Source: an uncultured delta proteobacterium
GTDB taxonomy: Bacteria > Desulfobacterota > Syntrophia > Syntrophales > UBA2185
Assembly (NCBI GenBank): GCA_963705275.1
Contig: OY970063.1
Coordinates: 196,974-260,973 of the forward strand
DNA length: 64,000 nucleotides
Direction: 5' to 3'
Within the stretch, counting starts at the first letter, position 1. Every line of letters begins with the position of its first letter. Both the position numbers and the translations under genes were made by a program. This document shows, piece by piece, positions 9,794 through 20,215 of this stretch. The notes below the pieces were generated by a model. It was given only the letters and a program-made list of their open reading frames with translations. It was not told the DNA's origin and made no database searches.

Positions 9794-10282
9794 ATGAATG
9801 AGCCTACCGCCAAGCTGACGCTGATATCCAGGAGTCCTGCGGAGACTTTTCTTATAGGTAAGATTATTGGAAGGAATCTCAGCGAGAAGGATGTAGTCGC
9901 CCTCGTTGGCGACCTGGGCACGGGAAAGACGTGCCTTACGCAGGGCATCGCCAGAGGTCTCGGAGTGCCTGATGAGTATCAGATTACGAGCCCGTCGTTT
10001 ACGTTGATAAATGAGTACCAGGGAAGAATGATGCTGTATCATTTTGACCTGTATCGATTGTCGAAAGTCTCAGAGATGGATGACATGGGATATGAGGAGT
10101 ATCTTTTCGGACAAGGTGTCAGTGTTATTGAATGGGCTGATAAAGTAAAAGGCATTCTTCCCGATGAGACCTTGTTTGTCTCAATAAGCTATACTGATGA
10201 AAATGAACGGGGCATAATCATTTCCGGGCAGAAGCAGAAAATAGCCATAATTTCGGAACAATTAGGAAATGGAGGTTCTTAG
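9794..10282 (+). CDS. tsaE: tRNA threonylcarbamoyladenosine (t6A) biosynthesis ATPase TsaE
   Basis: 162 aa. P-loop GDLGTGKT followed by SPSFTLINEY and YHFDLYRL, the typical TsaE/YjeE signature. Confidence 0.9.
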   Translation: MNEPTAKLTLISRSPAETFLIGKIIGRNLSEKDVVALVGDLGTGKTCLTQGIARGLGVPDEYQITSPSFTLINEYQGRMMLYHFDLYRLSKVSEMDDMGYEEYLFGQGVSVIEWADKVKGILPDETLFVSISYTDENERGIIISGQKQKIAIISEQLGNGGS

Positions 10283-10285
10283 GGG

Positions 10286-11503
10286 ATGGCACTTGTTGTG
10301 CAAAAATACGGAGGCACTTCAGTTGCAGATATTAACAAGATGAAGAATGTGGCCAGGCGTGTCTTGAAATCGAAAGAGGCAGGAAATGATATCGTTGTAG
10401 TACTTTCGGCCATGGCTGGAGAGACGGATAGACTCATACAACTCGCTCACGGGGCCGCCGACGAGCCCGATATAAGGGAGTATGATGCCCTTATATCTAT
10501 AGGAGAGCAGTTGACGGTAACTCTTCTCTCCATAATTCTGAACGGGATGGGCTTTCACGCCAAATCTTTACTGGGGTATCAGGTGAAGATTGTCACCGAC
10601 AGATCCTATACGAAGGCGAGAATCTTCCATATAGATACGAAGAAGATATGCAAGGAGCTGAAGAAGGGAACTATTGTGGTTGTTGCCGGCTTTCAAGGTG
10701 TAGACAAGGATGGCAACATTACGACTTTGGGGAGAGGCGGCTCAGATACGAGTGCTGTTGCCTTGGCAGCGGCACTGAAAGCGGATGTATGCGACATTTA
10801 TACGGATGTTGACGGTATTTATACCGCGGATCCCAATATTTGTAGAAAGGCGCGGAGGTTAAGCAGGATCTCCTATGATGAGATGCTTGAGATGGCCAGG
10901 GCAGGGGCTAAGGTCCTTCAACCCCGGTCAGTCGAACTCGCAAAGAAATACGAGGTACCAGTCTACGTGAGGTCATCATTTACGGACGAAGGAGGCACAC
11001 TGGTGACGAAGGAGGATGTGGAGATGGAGAAGGAAGTAGTGTGTGGGGTGACTTATGACCGTGATCAGGCAAAGATTACAGTGGTTCGCGTTCCTGACAG
11101 GCCCGGTATTGCAGCCCGACTGTTTACCCCGCTTGCCAACTGTAATATCATGGTCGATATGATCATACAGAACGCCAGCCTGGAGGGTTACACAGATTTG
11201 ACATTCACCGTCTCGCGCAAGGAAATAAAGAAGGCGCACGAATTAGTTAACGAAGTGGCAAAGGAAATAGGTGCGGACAGAGTAGAGATAGACGCTGACG
11301 TTTCCAAGATATCCATAATCGGTGTGGGGATGATCAGTCACTCTGGTGTCGCCGCAAAGATGTTCTCATCCCTAGCCAAGGAGGGGGTGAATATATTGAT
11401 GATAAGTACCTCTGAGATCAAGATTTCGTGCGTCATACAGGAGAAATACACGGAACTTGCTGTATCAGCGCTGCATGATGCATTCTGCTTGGATAAGAGA
11501 TGA
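10286..11503 (+). CDS. lysC: Aspartate kinase
   Basis: 405 aa. [10 protein letters not shown]..., [14 protein letters not shown], and two C-terminal ACT-like regions. Confidence 0.95.
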   Translation: MALVVQKYGGTSVADINKMKNVARRVLKSKEAGNDIVVVLSAMAGETDRLIQLAHGAADEPDIREYDALISIGEQLTVTLLSIILNGMGFHAKSLLGYQVKIVTDRSYTKARIFHIDTKKICKELKKGTIVVVAGFQGVDKDGNITTLGRGGSDTSAVALAAALKADVCDIYTDVDGIYTADPNICRKARRLSRISYDEMLEMARAGAKVLQPRSVELAKKYEVPVYVRSSFTDEGGTLVTKEDVEMEKEVVCGVTYDRDQAKITVVRVPDRPGIAARLFTPLANCNIMVDMIIQNASLEGYTDLTFTVSRKEIKKAHELVNEVAKEIGADRVEIDADVSKISIIGVGMISHSGVAAKMFSSLAKEGVNILMISTSEIKISCVIQEKYTELAVSALHDAFCLDKR

Positions 11504-11545
11504 GCTTTTGCAATGACCTCACCATCTTCTTGTAGATAAGTTAAT

Positions 11546-12115
11546 ATGAAAGGTACAGAAGGCCAACGTGACGGAGCCGTCGTTATAGTTGTTATAGTTG
11601 TAATACTTTTCGCGATTCACTATTCCTGGTCATCATTGCCGTCTCAAATAAGCGATATACCCTTTGGTAATAAGAGTTTCGGCCCTGTAATTGTCGGGAT
11701 CACCGGTGATGGGGGAATTAACGGTATTTTTCATGTACCAGAGAGAGCGAGGATTTCTGATCTCTTAGAGGCTGCCCGAATCGGAGACCCTGAAATATTC
11801 AATCATCCAATGCTATCTAGACGGCTTTCGACAGGCAAGACTGTTGTCATTGAATCATCTGATAGCCTAAGAATAGCGGAGATGAATAACGCAACTAAAT
11901 TGGCGCTCGGCATCCCGATTGACATCAATAAGTCCACCGTAGAAGATCTTATGCTGATTGACGGCATCGGCGAGAAAACCGCCTCTCGGATTATTCAATT
12001 CAGGGAAAATTCAGGTAGGTATCACAAAGTTGAAGACTTGATGAAGATTCCAGGCATCAAAGAAAAGAAGTTCCGGAAGCTCAGGATGTATTTCTGCACT
12101 GATGAGATGCTGTAA
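11546..12115 (+). CDS. comEA: ComEA-family helix-hairpin-helix DNA-binding protein
   Basis: N-terminal transmembrane segment and a C-terminal tandem HhH (STVEDLMLIDGIGEKTASRIIQFRE...VEDLMKIPGIKEKKFRKL). Confidence 0.85.
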   Translation: MKGTEGQRDGAVVIVVIVVILFAIHYSWSSLPSQISDIPFGNKSFGPVIVGITGDGGINGIFHVPERARISDLLEAARIGDPEIFNHPMLSRRLSTGKTVVIESSDSLRIAEMNNATKLALGIPIDINKSTVEDLMLIDGIGEKTASRIIQFRENSGRYHKVEDLMKIPGIKEKKFRKLRMYFCTDEML

Positions 12116-12145
12116 GAATAACAGCAATAAAGAGCTGGAGTTTAG

Positions 12146-12721
12146 CTATCTAAACTTATCGAGATAACTGAGGACCCTCTGAATATATACCTGCGTCTCG
12201 CGATAGGGAGGGACGCCCCTGTGCCTGATAACGGCATTTTCGCCTGCGTTATAGGCAGCCAGTGCCAGAGGCAGATTCCCGTTGAAATAGTTCAAAAGAT
12301 ACCGCAAGTATTTTACGCCGCCTTCGATATTGTTTTCCGGATGGAAGGAATCCTGCACTTGCAGTGATGAGGCAGTTGTCGGCATCAGTTGCATCAGCCC
12401 CCTAGCCCCTTTTGGAGATACGGCCCGATGGTTGAAATTTGACTCCGCTTTGATGATTGCTTTAATCAAGGCTGGCTCTATCTTGTGTCTTTCTGACGCC
12501 TTGACAATCAAGTCATCATATTTCGATATATTATCTCCCAGCTTCTTGTCGAGAAGGATGCGCTTCTCACGCATGATTAGAACATATTTGATACCGCTTT
12601 CAGTAGGGACATTCGTCAGATGGATGACACCCTGCGCATCTTCGTACCTATAGATATCCGCAGAGGCCGGTGAGGCTATACTTATAACCATTAATAATGA
12701 CACGAGGAAAATAATCTTCAT
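12146..12721 (-). CDS. Lytic transglycosylase (SLT domain) with an N-terminal DUF4124-like segment
   Basis: Signal peptide MKIIFLVSLLMVISIASPASA, DIYRYEDAQGVIHLTN, and the SLT catalytic region AIIKAESNFNHRAVSPKGARGLMQLMP. ATG 12721 is preferred over 12769. Confidence 0.88.
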   Translation of the reverse strand: MKIIFLVSLLMVISIASPASADIYRYEDAQGVIHLTNVPTESGIKYVLIMREKRILLDKKLGDNISKYDDLIVKASERHKIEPALIKAIIKAESNFNHRAVSPKGARGLMQLMPTTASSLQVQDSFHPENNIEGGVKYLRYLLNYFNGNLPLALAAYNAGENAVIRHRGVPPYRETQVYIQRVLSYLDKFR

Positions 12722-12906
12722 AGCAACTTTATCTTTAGTTGTCAGGAAATAACATAAATTGTAATACATCTGATTTAGCGTGTATTACACTACTACATCG
12801 CGATCTTGAATTCAATAACTTTATCTAACCCCTTCAATCAAAAATTTTCATTGTCCTTGACAGGGGTCATCGCATGGTGGTAGTGACAATATAATTCAGT
12901 AAATGT

Positions 12907-12983
<77 letters not shown>

Positions 12984-13113
12984 TTTACAATAATCACCTT
13001 TCCGATCAAGAGACCTTAACTACTGAAAATAATTTAATATCTATCTTATTAGATTTCAAGATTGCCAAGAGGCTCTTATAATCATTTCTTTCTAACTTCA
13101 TTCAGTCCTATTA

Positions 13114-13812
13114 ATGCTGCAATTAAAACAATTCCGATACAATATTGATAACTTAGGATATCTTGTCTACGGCAAAAAATATGCCATGGCAATCGATGGC
13201 GGAGCCCCCGGCGAGATTTTGTCGTTTATAAAGAACCGTGGCCTGAATCTGCTTTTTGTCACAAATACGCACGGACATGCGGATCATACAAGCGGCAATG
13301 GACCCCTCCTGCGCGAATCGGACGTTCGACTCTTGGTCTATGAAGAGATAAAAGATGCAGAAATTGAATTGGAAGGCCGGAAAATTAGAGCCTATAACAC
13401 CCCCGGACATACTGTTGATTCTCTCTGTTTCCATATTGATAACGTCTTGGTTACGGGAGATACTCTTTTCAACGGCACCATAGGCAATTGCTTCTCAGGC
13501 GATGTGAAAGGCTTCTACCTCTCCGTAAAGAAGATTATGTCTCTGCCTGAAAGCACGGTCATCTATGCCGGCCATGACTACGTAGAAGAAGCGATGAACT
13601 TTGCAAGCAGATTGGAACCGGATAACGAGTATATTAGAATATTCCTGCAAAATTATACGCCGGCTCATGTCTCTTCGCGATTGACTGAAGAACTTAGGGT
13701 CAATCCTTACCTCCGTTTTAACGAGGGCAGTATCATTGGTCTTTTAAAAAGAAATGGTCTGCCGACAAAGACGGAGTGGCAAAGATGGCAATCTTTAATG
13801 ACGATAGACTAG
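13114..13812 (+). CDS. MBL-fold hydrolase, hydroxyacylglutathione hydrolase (GloB)-like
   Basis: Metal-binding motif THGHADHTSG, then TPGHT, and C-terminal ...RVNPYLRF, as in glyoxalase II family members. Confidence 0.85.
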   Translation: MLQLKQFRYNIDNLGYLVYGKKYAMAIDGGAPGEILSFIKNRGLNLLFVTNTHGHADHTSGNGPLLRESDVRLLVYEEIKDAEIELEGRKIRAYNTPGHTVDSLCFHIDNVLVTGDTLFNGTIGNCFSGDVKGFYLSVKKIMSLPESTVIYAGHDYVEEAMNFASRLEPDNEYIRIFLQNYTPAHVSSRLTEELRVNPYLRFNEGSIIGLLKRNGLPTKTEWQRWQSLMTID

Positions 13813-13991
13813 AAGGGGGGAGGAGTGAAGGATAAGCAGTCTACCTTCATGTCAAGCTCCATCAGCCCGATCTTGGATTTTGCCGGGAGCAGGACTCAAT
13901 GATATTGGATTGAGATGGCAGCAAGTATTCAAAGAGTTTCATAAGATAGATAAAGAGCAATGTGTCCGTAAAGCGCTTAAGATAATTGCCG

Positions 13992-14020
13992 TTGACAATC
14001 CAAGATCGAATGAATATATA
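13992..14020 (+). promoter_or_regulatory. Candidate sigma70 promoter driving tRNA-Leu (and possibly tig)
   Basis: TTGACA, 17-nt spacer, TATATA, ending 8 nt before the first nucleotide of the tRNA. Confidence 0.5.
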
Positions 14021-14028
14021 GTCAATGA

Positions 14029-14115
14029 GCGAGAGTGGCGGAACTGGCAGACGCACTGGACTTAGGATCCAGCCCGCCTCAGCGGATAGGGGTTCAAATC
14101 CCCTCTCTCGCACCA
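14029..14115 (+). tRNA. tRNA-Leu (anticodon TAG)
   Basis: Acceptor GCGAGAG/CTCTCGC, anticodon arm CTGGA-CTTAGGA-TCCAG, long variable arm (CCGC-ctca-GCGG), T arm AGGGG-TTCAAAT-CCCCT, encoded CCA. Confidence 0.9.
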
Positions 14116-14157
14116 GATTGTGGTTAGTTCCATAAATATCAAGGAGTTAGAAACGCA

Positions 14158-15462
14158 GTGTCAGATACCACAGTAGCCCTAAGAGTTGAAGACGTGAGTC
14201 CGGTAAAGAAGAAAATGCTGTTTGATATCTCATGGTTAGAGGTCAAGAAGGAATTAGATACAGCATATAAGAATGTAGGCAGGAAAGCCAAGGTCAGAGG
14301 CTTCAGGCAGGGGAAAGTTCCGAGAAATATTCTCGAGTCTCTATACAAAGAGCATGCGGAAGAAGAAGCCATATCGAATCTCGTAAATAGATATTACTGG
14401 GAAGCGCTAAAAGAAAATAAGATAACTGCCGTTGCGCAGCCGGATATAGATCAAAACGGAATAGAGTCGGATAAGAATTTTACCTTCACCGCCATCGTTG
14501 AAGTGGAGCCGATTATCGAACCGACGGGTTATGTTGGTCTGGAACTCGAGAAAGAGAATTATGAAGTTAAGGATTCTGATGTGGAAACAAGGCTTGAGGA
14601 AGTCCGGGATATGTTCAGTACGATGGAAGAGGTGGAGGCCGATAGAGAGGTATCTGAAGGCGATTTCGTAGTCATTGATTTTGAGGGTTTTGTTGATGGA
14701 AAACCCCTTAAGGAGATGAAAGCGGAAAACTATCTTTTGGAAGTAGGCTCCAAGAGATTTATACCGGGATTCGAGGAACAACTCATCGGCATGAAAAAGA
14801 ACACGACGGAGCAAATAAGACTTAAGTTGCCCGATGATTATCATGCGAAAGAGCTTGCGGGAAAAGAGGTCGTATTTTCCGTAAAATTGAAGAATATTAA
14901 AGAAAAGATCCTGCCCAGCCTCGATGATAAATTTATTAAGAATTTTGATAAATATGAAAGCTTGGACGACTTAAAGAAGGATATCAGAAAGACACTTGAA
15001 GAAGAGAATATTGCCAGGACAAATTCGGCCTTTAAGAGTATCGTAGTAGAAAAACTTCTGGAGAGCAACCAATTCGAGGTGCCGCAGGCATTCGTAAATC
15101 GACAGATCTCATATATGATCGAAGATACGCAAAGAAGACTGGCCATGCGCGGTATGAAGCGAGATGAGACGCCTGAAAGATACAAGGAATTCTATGACCA
15201 TTACAAGGACCAAGCCGCGAAAATAGTGAGAACAACCCTCCTTCTGAGAAATATAGGCGAGAAGGAATCGATAAGTGTATCTGACCAGGAAATTGAAGAG
15301 AAGATAAGGGAGTTGGCTCAAGTGCGAGGGCAGAATTACGATTCGTTGAAAGAATCTTTGGAATCAGGTAATATGATAGAAGAGATTAGAAACGAAATAT
15401 TGAACACAAAGGTATTTGCTTTCATAGAGGACAAGGCAAAAGTTGAGATAGTCGAGAAATAG
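14158..15462 (+). CDS. tig: Trigger factor
   Basis: 434 aa with a GTG start. N-terminal ribosome-binding signature GFRQGKVP and a central FKBP-type domain. It sits in the canonical tig-clpP-clpX-lon order. Confidence 0.95.
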   Translation: MSDTTVALRVEDVSPVKKKMLFDISWLEVKKELDTAYKNVGRKAKVRGFRQGKVPRNILESLYKEHAEEEAISNLVNRYYWEALKENKITAVAQPDIDQNGIESDKNFTFTAIVEVEPIIEPTGYVGLELEKENYEVKDSDVETRLEEVRDMFSTMEEVEADREVSEGDFVVIDFEGFVDGKPLKEMKAENYLLEVGSKRFIPGFEEQLIGMKKNTTEQIRLKLPDDYHAKELAGKEVVFSVKLKNIKEKILPSLDDKFIKNFDKYESLDDLKKDIRKTLEEENIARTNSAFKSIVVEKLLESNQFEVPQAFVNRQISYMIEDTQRRLAMRGMKRDETPERYKEFYDHYKDQAAKIVRTTLLLRNIGEKESISVSDQEIEEKIRELAQVRGQNYDSLKESLESGNMIEEIRNEILNTKVFAFIEDKAKVEIVEK

Positions 15463-15480
15463 ATTAAGGAAGGCGAAGAG

Positions 15481-16074
15481 ATGCCCTTAATTCCGATGGT
15501 GATCGAACAAGATGGAAGAGGCGAAAGAGCCTTTGATATTTATTCAAGGCTCTTGAGGGATAGAATAATTTTTTTGGGTACGACGATTGATGATGATGTG
15601 GCAAATCTGATTATTGCCCAGATGCTGTATCTCGAATCTGACGATCCCGACAAGGAAATATTCTTTTATTTGAATTCGCCCGGAGGCAATGTAAGTTCGG
15701 GAATGGCGATATATGATACCATGAGGTATATCAGGCCTTCCGTCTGCACAGTCTGCATGGGTCAAGCAGCCAGCATGGGGGCATTGCTGCTCGCAGCCGG
15801 TGAGAAGGGCAGAAGAACGGCTCTGCCGCATTCAAGAATATTGATTCATCAACCACTCGGAGGATTTTATGGTCAGGCAACCGACATAGATATACAGGCA
15901 CGCGAGATCCTGCGCATGAAGGAAGAATTAAATGTGATTCTTGCAGATCTAACCAGCCAACCTCTTTCAAAGATACAGATGGATACCGAGAGGGACTACT
16001 ATATGACATGCGAGCAGGCAAAAGAATATGGTATCATTGATGAGATTATCCTAAAGAGACAAGGCTCAAGCTGA
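15481..16074 (+). CDS. clpP: ATP-dependent Clp protease proteolytic subunit
   Basis: 197 aa. [11 protein letters not shown], catalytic Ser context [14 protein letters not shown], and RILIHQP. Confidence 0.97.
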   Translation: MPLIPMVIEQDGRGERAFDIYSRLLRDRIIFLGTTIDDDVANLIIAQMLYLESDDPDKEIFFYLNSPGGNVSSGMAIYDTMRYIRPSVCTVCMGQAASMGALLLAAGEKGRRTALPHSRILIHQPLGGFYGQATDIDIQAREILRMKEELNVILADLTSQPLSKIQMDTERDYYMTCEQAKEYGIIDEIILKRQGSS

Positions 16075-16090
16075 GAACGAGGTATTCTAG

Positions 16091-17353
16091 ATGGTGAGAA
16101 AAAGCAAGGATAGTGCGGGTGGTCAGGGTATCTTATTCTGCTCTTTTTGCGGAAAGAATCAGAATGAAGTAAGAAAGCTGGTCGCCGGTCCGGCTGCATA
16201 TATATGCGACGAATGCATTGAACTTTGTCGGTGCATAGTTGAAGAGGAATGTGAGCCGACAATCAGTGAAGAATTTCAGAAAGGGATACCTGAGCCCCGG
16301 AATATAAAAAAATTTCTTGATCAGTATGTGATAGGACAGGAAAGGCCAAAAAGGGTTCTCTCTGTTGCTGTTTATAATCACTACCGGAGGCTGTTTTCTA
16401 GTGTAGATCTGGATGGCGTGGAAATACAAAAAAGCAATATTCTGTTGATCGGTCCTACAGGATCGGGGAAGACGCTTCTTGCAAAGACCCTGGCCAAGCT
16501 TCTCAATGTCCCTTTTACCATAGCCGATGCGACAACTCTGACAGAAGCGGGATACGTAGGAGAGGATGTGGAAAACATCATCCTCAGCCTTCTTCAGAAT
16601 GCTGATTACGATGTTGAGAGAGCCTCCAAGGGCATTGTCTATATCGATGAAATTGACAAGATCGCAAAGAAGTCGGGTAATCCTTCTATTACAAGAGATG
16701 TTTCGGGCGAAGGCGTTCAGCAGGCCTTGCTGAAGATAATAGAAGGGACGCTGGCGAACGTTCCCCCGAAAGGAGGCAGAAAGCATCCTCAACAGGAATT
16801 TATCCAAGTGGATACAACGAACATATTGTTCATCTGCGGTGGAGCCTTTAATGATCTTGAAGACATTATTTCAAAGAGGCTCAGTGCGTCAAGTATGGGT
16901 TTTGGTGCCGACGTTAGGAGCAAGCGGCACAAGAAGGTCGGAAATCTCTTATCAGAGGTTCAGCCGGAAGACCTTCTCAAGTTTGGCATGATACCTGAAT
17001 TCATCGGACGTCTGCCGGTAGTCGCCACGCTTAACGAATTGGATCAGGAGGAATTAGTAAGGATTTTAATCGACCCGAAAGATGCAATTACAAAACAATA
17101 CAAAGTATTATTTGATCTTGAAAATGTTAAATTGAAATTTACCGACGGTGCCCTCCGAGCAATAGCTAAACTATCTGTTGAAAGGAAGTCAGGTGCGCGG
17201 GGATTAAGGTCGATTCTGGAAAATACAATGCTAGATATCATGTACGACCTGCCTTCCAGAAATGATGTGAGGGAGTGTGTCATTACGGAAGACGTTGTTA
17301 TGAACAAAGAAAAACCAATGTTGATTTTTGAAACCAAATCTGAAACTGCATAA
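16091..17353 (+). CDS. clpX: ATP-dependent Clp protease ATP-binding subunit ClpX
   Basis: N-terminal zinc-binding domain (CSFCGK...YICDECI), Walker A GPTGSGKT, and Walker B VYIDEIDK. Confidence 0.97.
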   Translation: MVRKSKDSAGGQGILFCSFCGKNQNEVRKLVAGPAAYICDECIELCRCIVEEECEPTISEEFQKGIPEPRNIKKFLDQYVIGQERPKRVLSVAVYNHYRRLFSSVDLDGVEIQKSNILLIGPTGSGKTLLAKTLAKLLNVPFTIADATTLTEAGYVGEDVENIILSLLQNADYDVERASKGIVYIDEIDKIAKKSGNPSITRDVSGEGVQQALLKIIEGTLANVPPKGGRKHPQQEFIQVDTTNILFICGGAFNDLEDIISKRLSASSMGFGADVRSKRHKKVGNLLSEVQPEDLLKFGMIPEFIGRLPVVATLNELDQEELVRILIDPKDAITKQYKVLFDLENVKLKFTDGALRAIAKLSVERKSGARGLRSILENTMLDIMYDLPSRNDVRECVITEDVVMNKEKPMLIFETKSETA

Positions 17354-17367
17354 GAAGAGACTGATAT

Positions 17368-19848
17368 ATGGGAAACAGAGACATGTTTGATTTTTTGAAA
17401 AATAGGGAAAACGATAGTTCGACATTGACAGTGCCCCTATTGCCATTGAGAGACGTCGTCGTATTTCCGCACATGATTGTACCGCTTTTCGTGGGCAGGG
17501 AACGATCGATAGCTGCACTTGAGTCCGCAATGAAAAGTGAAAAGGGTATATTCATGGTAGCGCAGAAGAATGCCCAGAAGGATGAACCAGCGGAGGGTGA
17601 CATCTATAAAGTGGGCGCCATAGGGGTCATTATTCAACTCTTGAGGCTGCCTGACGGGACGGTGAAGGTGCTGGTTGAAGGGAAGAAGAGGGGCATGATT
17701 AAAGAGTATCTGGCAAACGAAGATTTTTTCCTGGCAAATATTGAAGAGATCGAAGATCTTGATGACAAGAATCAGGTAAAGGCTGAAGCTCTAACACGGA
17801 ATATCCGGGAATCTTTCGAAAACTATGCAAAACTTGGCAAGAAAGTTCACATGGAGATGGTTAATACTATCGCTTCCATAGACAGCCCTTCGAAATTGGC
17901 GGACGTCGTAGCGTCTCATATAAGTCTCAAGCTTGAGGAAAAGCAAAAATTATTGGAGATATTCAACGTCAACGAAAGACTCGAAGCCGTTTACGAGTTG
18001 ATGCTCGGAGAGATTGAGATAATGGAGGTCGAAGAAAAGATAAAGCGGCGAGTCAAGAAACAGATGGAAAAGACTCAGAAAGATTACTATCTCAATGAAC
18101 AAATGAGAGCCATCCAAAAGGAGATGGGAGAGAAGGATGACTTCAGGAATGAAATAGCCGAACTCGAAAAAAGGCTGAAACAAAAAAAATTATCAGAAGA
18201 GGCACATAAGAAGGTCAGGCATGAGATTAAGAAACTGCAGATGATGGCGCCCATGTCTGCGGAAGCTACTGTGGTGAGGAATTACATTGACTGGCTCCTG
18301 GATATGCCTTGGGCGGAGAAGACGGAAAACAAGCACACACTGAAAGAATCTGAAGTAATTCTCGAGGAAGATCACTACGGTTTAAAACAGGTGAAAGAAA
18401 GGATACTCGAATACTTGGCCGTTCAGTCTCTTGTGAAGAAAAATAAAGGCCCTATCCTTTGTTTTGTTGGCCCCCCGGGGGTCGGAAAGACATCAGTGGC
18501 AAAATCCGTAGCTCGCGCGACAAATAGGAAGTTTGTGAGACTTTCTCTGGGCGGCGTTAGAGATGAAGCGGAGATCAGAGGCCATAGGAGAACCTATATA
18601 GGGGCCCTGCCCGGCAAAATAATACAACTGATGAAAAAGGCGGGATCGAACAACCCCGTATTCTGTCTCGATGAAGTGGATAAACTGAGCTCTGATTTCA
18701 GAGGTGATCCATCGGCGGCGCTACTCGAGGTACTGGATCCCGAGCAGAATAATGCTTTCAATGACAACTATCTTGAAGTGGACTATGATCTCTCTGATGT
18801 GATGTTCATTACAACAGCCAATATTCTGCAAACAATACCTCCGGCCCTGCAGGACAGGATGGAAGTGATTCGCCTCGCCGGGTATACTGAACCGGAGAAA
18901 TTGAATATCGCCAATAAATTTCTCGTTGCTAAGCAGATGGAGGCTAATGGTCTTACTAAGGATAGCATATCATTCTCTGACGGGGCTTTGTTGACCATTA
19001 TCAGACAATATACGAGGGAGGCGGGCGTCCGCAACCTGGAAAGGGAAATTGCATCAGTTTGCAGAAAGGTTGCCAAGGAAATAGCGACAAATGGCGCAGG
19101 TCGTAAAGTCCATATCACTTCAAAATCGATGCCCAAATATCTAGGTGTGCCGAAGTTCAGGCATGGAGAGACCGAAGGCAAAGACGAAATCGGCTTGTGT
19201 ATAGGCCTGGCTTGGACTGAGGTGGGCGGTGAGCTCCTCACCATAGAGTCTTCCCTGATGAAAGGAACTGGCAAGATGGTGATGACCGGTAAGCTCGGCG
19301 ACGTAATGCAGGAATCCGTTCAAGCGGCACTGACATATGTCCGCGCCAGGGCGGACAAATTCGGTCTTGATGAGAATTTCTATAAAGAGACAGATGTGCA
19401 TGTCCATGTGCCGGAGGGTGCCATACCCAAGGACGGGCCATCTGCAGGAATAGCTGTAGTCACTTCTATCGCCTCAGCTTTTATGAAGAGGAAAGTTCGC
19501 GGAGATGTGGCCATGACCGGGGAAATTACCCTTAGGGGCAGGGTATTGCCTATAGGAGGATTGAAGGAAAAGCTGCTTGCGGCGCATCGAGGAAATTTGA
19601 AGACGGTGATTATTCCCAAGGATAACGAAAAGGATCTTGCAGATGTGCCTGCCAATGTCTTGAAGGCCCTGGAAATCATATTTGTGGAACACATGGACGA
19701 AGTCATGCGAGTCGCCCTTGTTACAGGCGATGAATTGGCGAGGCATAAGAATCATGATGAAGGGACGCCGATAAGCCTGCCGTCTATTCAGATTACAGAG
19801 ACGATTCATCCTCTTGAAAGAGGTAACGCAAACGAAAAGCTTAACTAA
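17368..19848 (+). CDS. lon: Lon protease (LonA)
   Basis: 826 aa. LON N-domain (LPLLPLRDVVVFPHM), Walker A GPPGVGKTS, and catalytic Ser context PKDGPSAG. Confidence 0.97.
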   Translation: MGNRDMFDFLKNRENDSSTLTVPLLPLRDVVVFPHMIVPLFVGRERSIAALESAMKSEKGIFMVAQKNAQKDEPAEGDIYKVGAIGVIIQLLRLPDGTVKVLVEGKKRGMIKEYLANEDFFLANIEEIEDLDDKNQVKAEALTRNIRESFENYAKLGKKVHMEMVNTIASIDSPSKLADVVASHISLKLEEKQKLLEIFNVNERLEAVYELMLGEIEIMEVEEKIKRRVKKQMEKTQKDYYLNEQMRAIQKEMGEKDDFRNEIAELEKRLKQKKLSEEAHKKVRHEIKKLQMMAPMSAEATVVRNYIDWLLDMPWAEKTENKHTLKESEVILEEDHYGLKQVKERILEYLAVQSLVKKNKGPILCFVGPPGVGKTSVAKSVARATNRKFVRLSLGGVRDEAEIRGHRRTYIGALPGKIIQLMKKAGSNNPVFCLDEVDKLSSDFRGDPSAALLEVLDPEQNNAFNDNYLEVDYDLSDVMFITTANILQTIPPALQDRMEVIRLAGYTEPEKLNIANKFLVAKQMEANGLTKDSISFSDGALLTIIRQYTREAGVRNLEREIASVCRKVAKEIATNGAGRKVHITSKSMPKYLGVPKFRHGETEGKDEIGLCIGLAWTEVGGELLTIESSLMKGTGKMVMTGKLGDVMQESVQAALTYVRARADKFGLDENFYKETDVHVHVPEGAIPKDGPSAGIAVVTSIASAFMKRKVRGDVAMTGEITLRGRVLPIGGLKEKLLAAHRGNLKTVIIPKDNEKDLADVPANVLKALEIIFVEHMDEVMRVALVTGDELARHKNHDEGTPISLPSIQITETIHPLERGNANEKLN

Positions 19849-19893
19849 TTAATTATTGACAGCAGGAAATACAGTTGCTAGGTGAAATGTTGA

Positions 19894-19969
19894 AGGCGGA
19901 TAGCTCAGCCGGGAGAGCGCCACGCTTACACCGTGGAAGTCGCAGGTTCGAGTCCTGTTCCGCCTACCA
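19894..19969 (+). tRNA. tRNA-Val (anticodon TAC)
   Basis: Acceptor AGGCGGA/TCCGCCT, D arm GCTC/GAGC, anticodon arm CCACG-CTTACAC-CGTGG, T arm GCAGG-TTCGAGT-CCTGT, encoded CCA. Confidence 0.9.
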
Positions 19970-20060
19970 AAAAAAAATAGGTGAAGACCTATACATTGAC
20001 TATTGCATAATAAGAAATAGATCAACGAAATTTTAAGAGTTAAAATAATTATGTCATTTT

Positions 20061-20137
<77 letters not shown>

Positions 20138-20145
20138 AAAATAAA

Positions 20146-20178
20146 GAGGGGTTGACCTTTAGGTTAACTCCTTTTTTG
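20146..20178 (+). terminator. Rho-independent terminator after tRNA-Asp
   Basis: GAGGGGTTGACC-ttta-GGTTAACTCCTT forms a 12-bp stem (with G-U pairs). The stem's last two T run directly into TTTTG (CCTTTTTTG). Confidence 0.7.
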
Positions 20179-20215
20179 TTTCTGCTTGCAAACGGACTTA
20201 TTCAAAGAGGAGAAT

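Noticed and set aside
12857-12895. TTGACA (12857) and TATAAT (12890) upstream of tRNA-Pro.
   Set aside because: The two hexamers are 27 nt apart, so they cannot form one sigma70 promoter. Only the -10-like element is well placed, which is not enough to call a promoter.
13880-14065. 61-aa plus-strand ORF between the gloB-like gene and tig.
   Set aside because: Its 3' end runs through the candidate promoter and into the tRNA-Leu gene (14029-14115). It is most likely spurious.
16133-16807. Long antisense ORFs inside well-supported genes: 16133-16807(-) in clpX, 53056-53811(+) in recG, 8353-8871(-) in folP, 38473-39099(-) and 38936-39451(-) in guaB, 23808-24395(-) in prfB, 61167-61793(-) in the sensor kinase, 18783-19274(-) in lon, and 50514-50963(+) in the ApgM-like gene.
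   Set aside because: Each lies entirely within a gene on the opposite strand that has unmistakable conserved motifs. Their translations are low-complexity or Ser/Arg/Cys-rich with no recognisable motifs, so they look like shadow ORFs.
19970-19996. Hairpin ATAGGT-gaag-ACCTAT preceded by A9, immediately after tRNA-Val. On the minus strand it reads as a hairpin plus U9 terminator.
   Set aside because: There is no minus-strand gene or ORF upstream of it for which it could be a terminator, and on the plus strand it lacks a U-tract. It might stop antisense transcription into the tRNA/lon region, but I cannot support a function from sequence alone.
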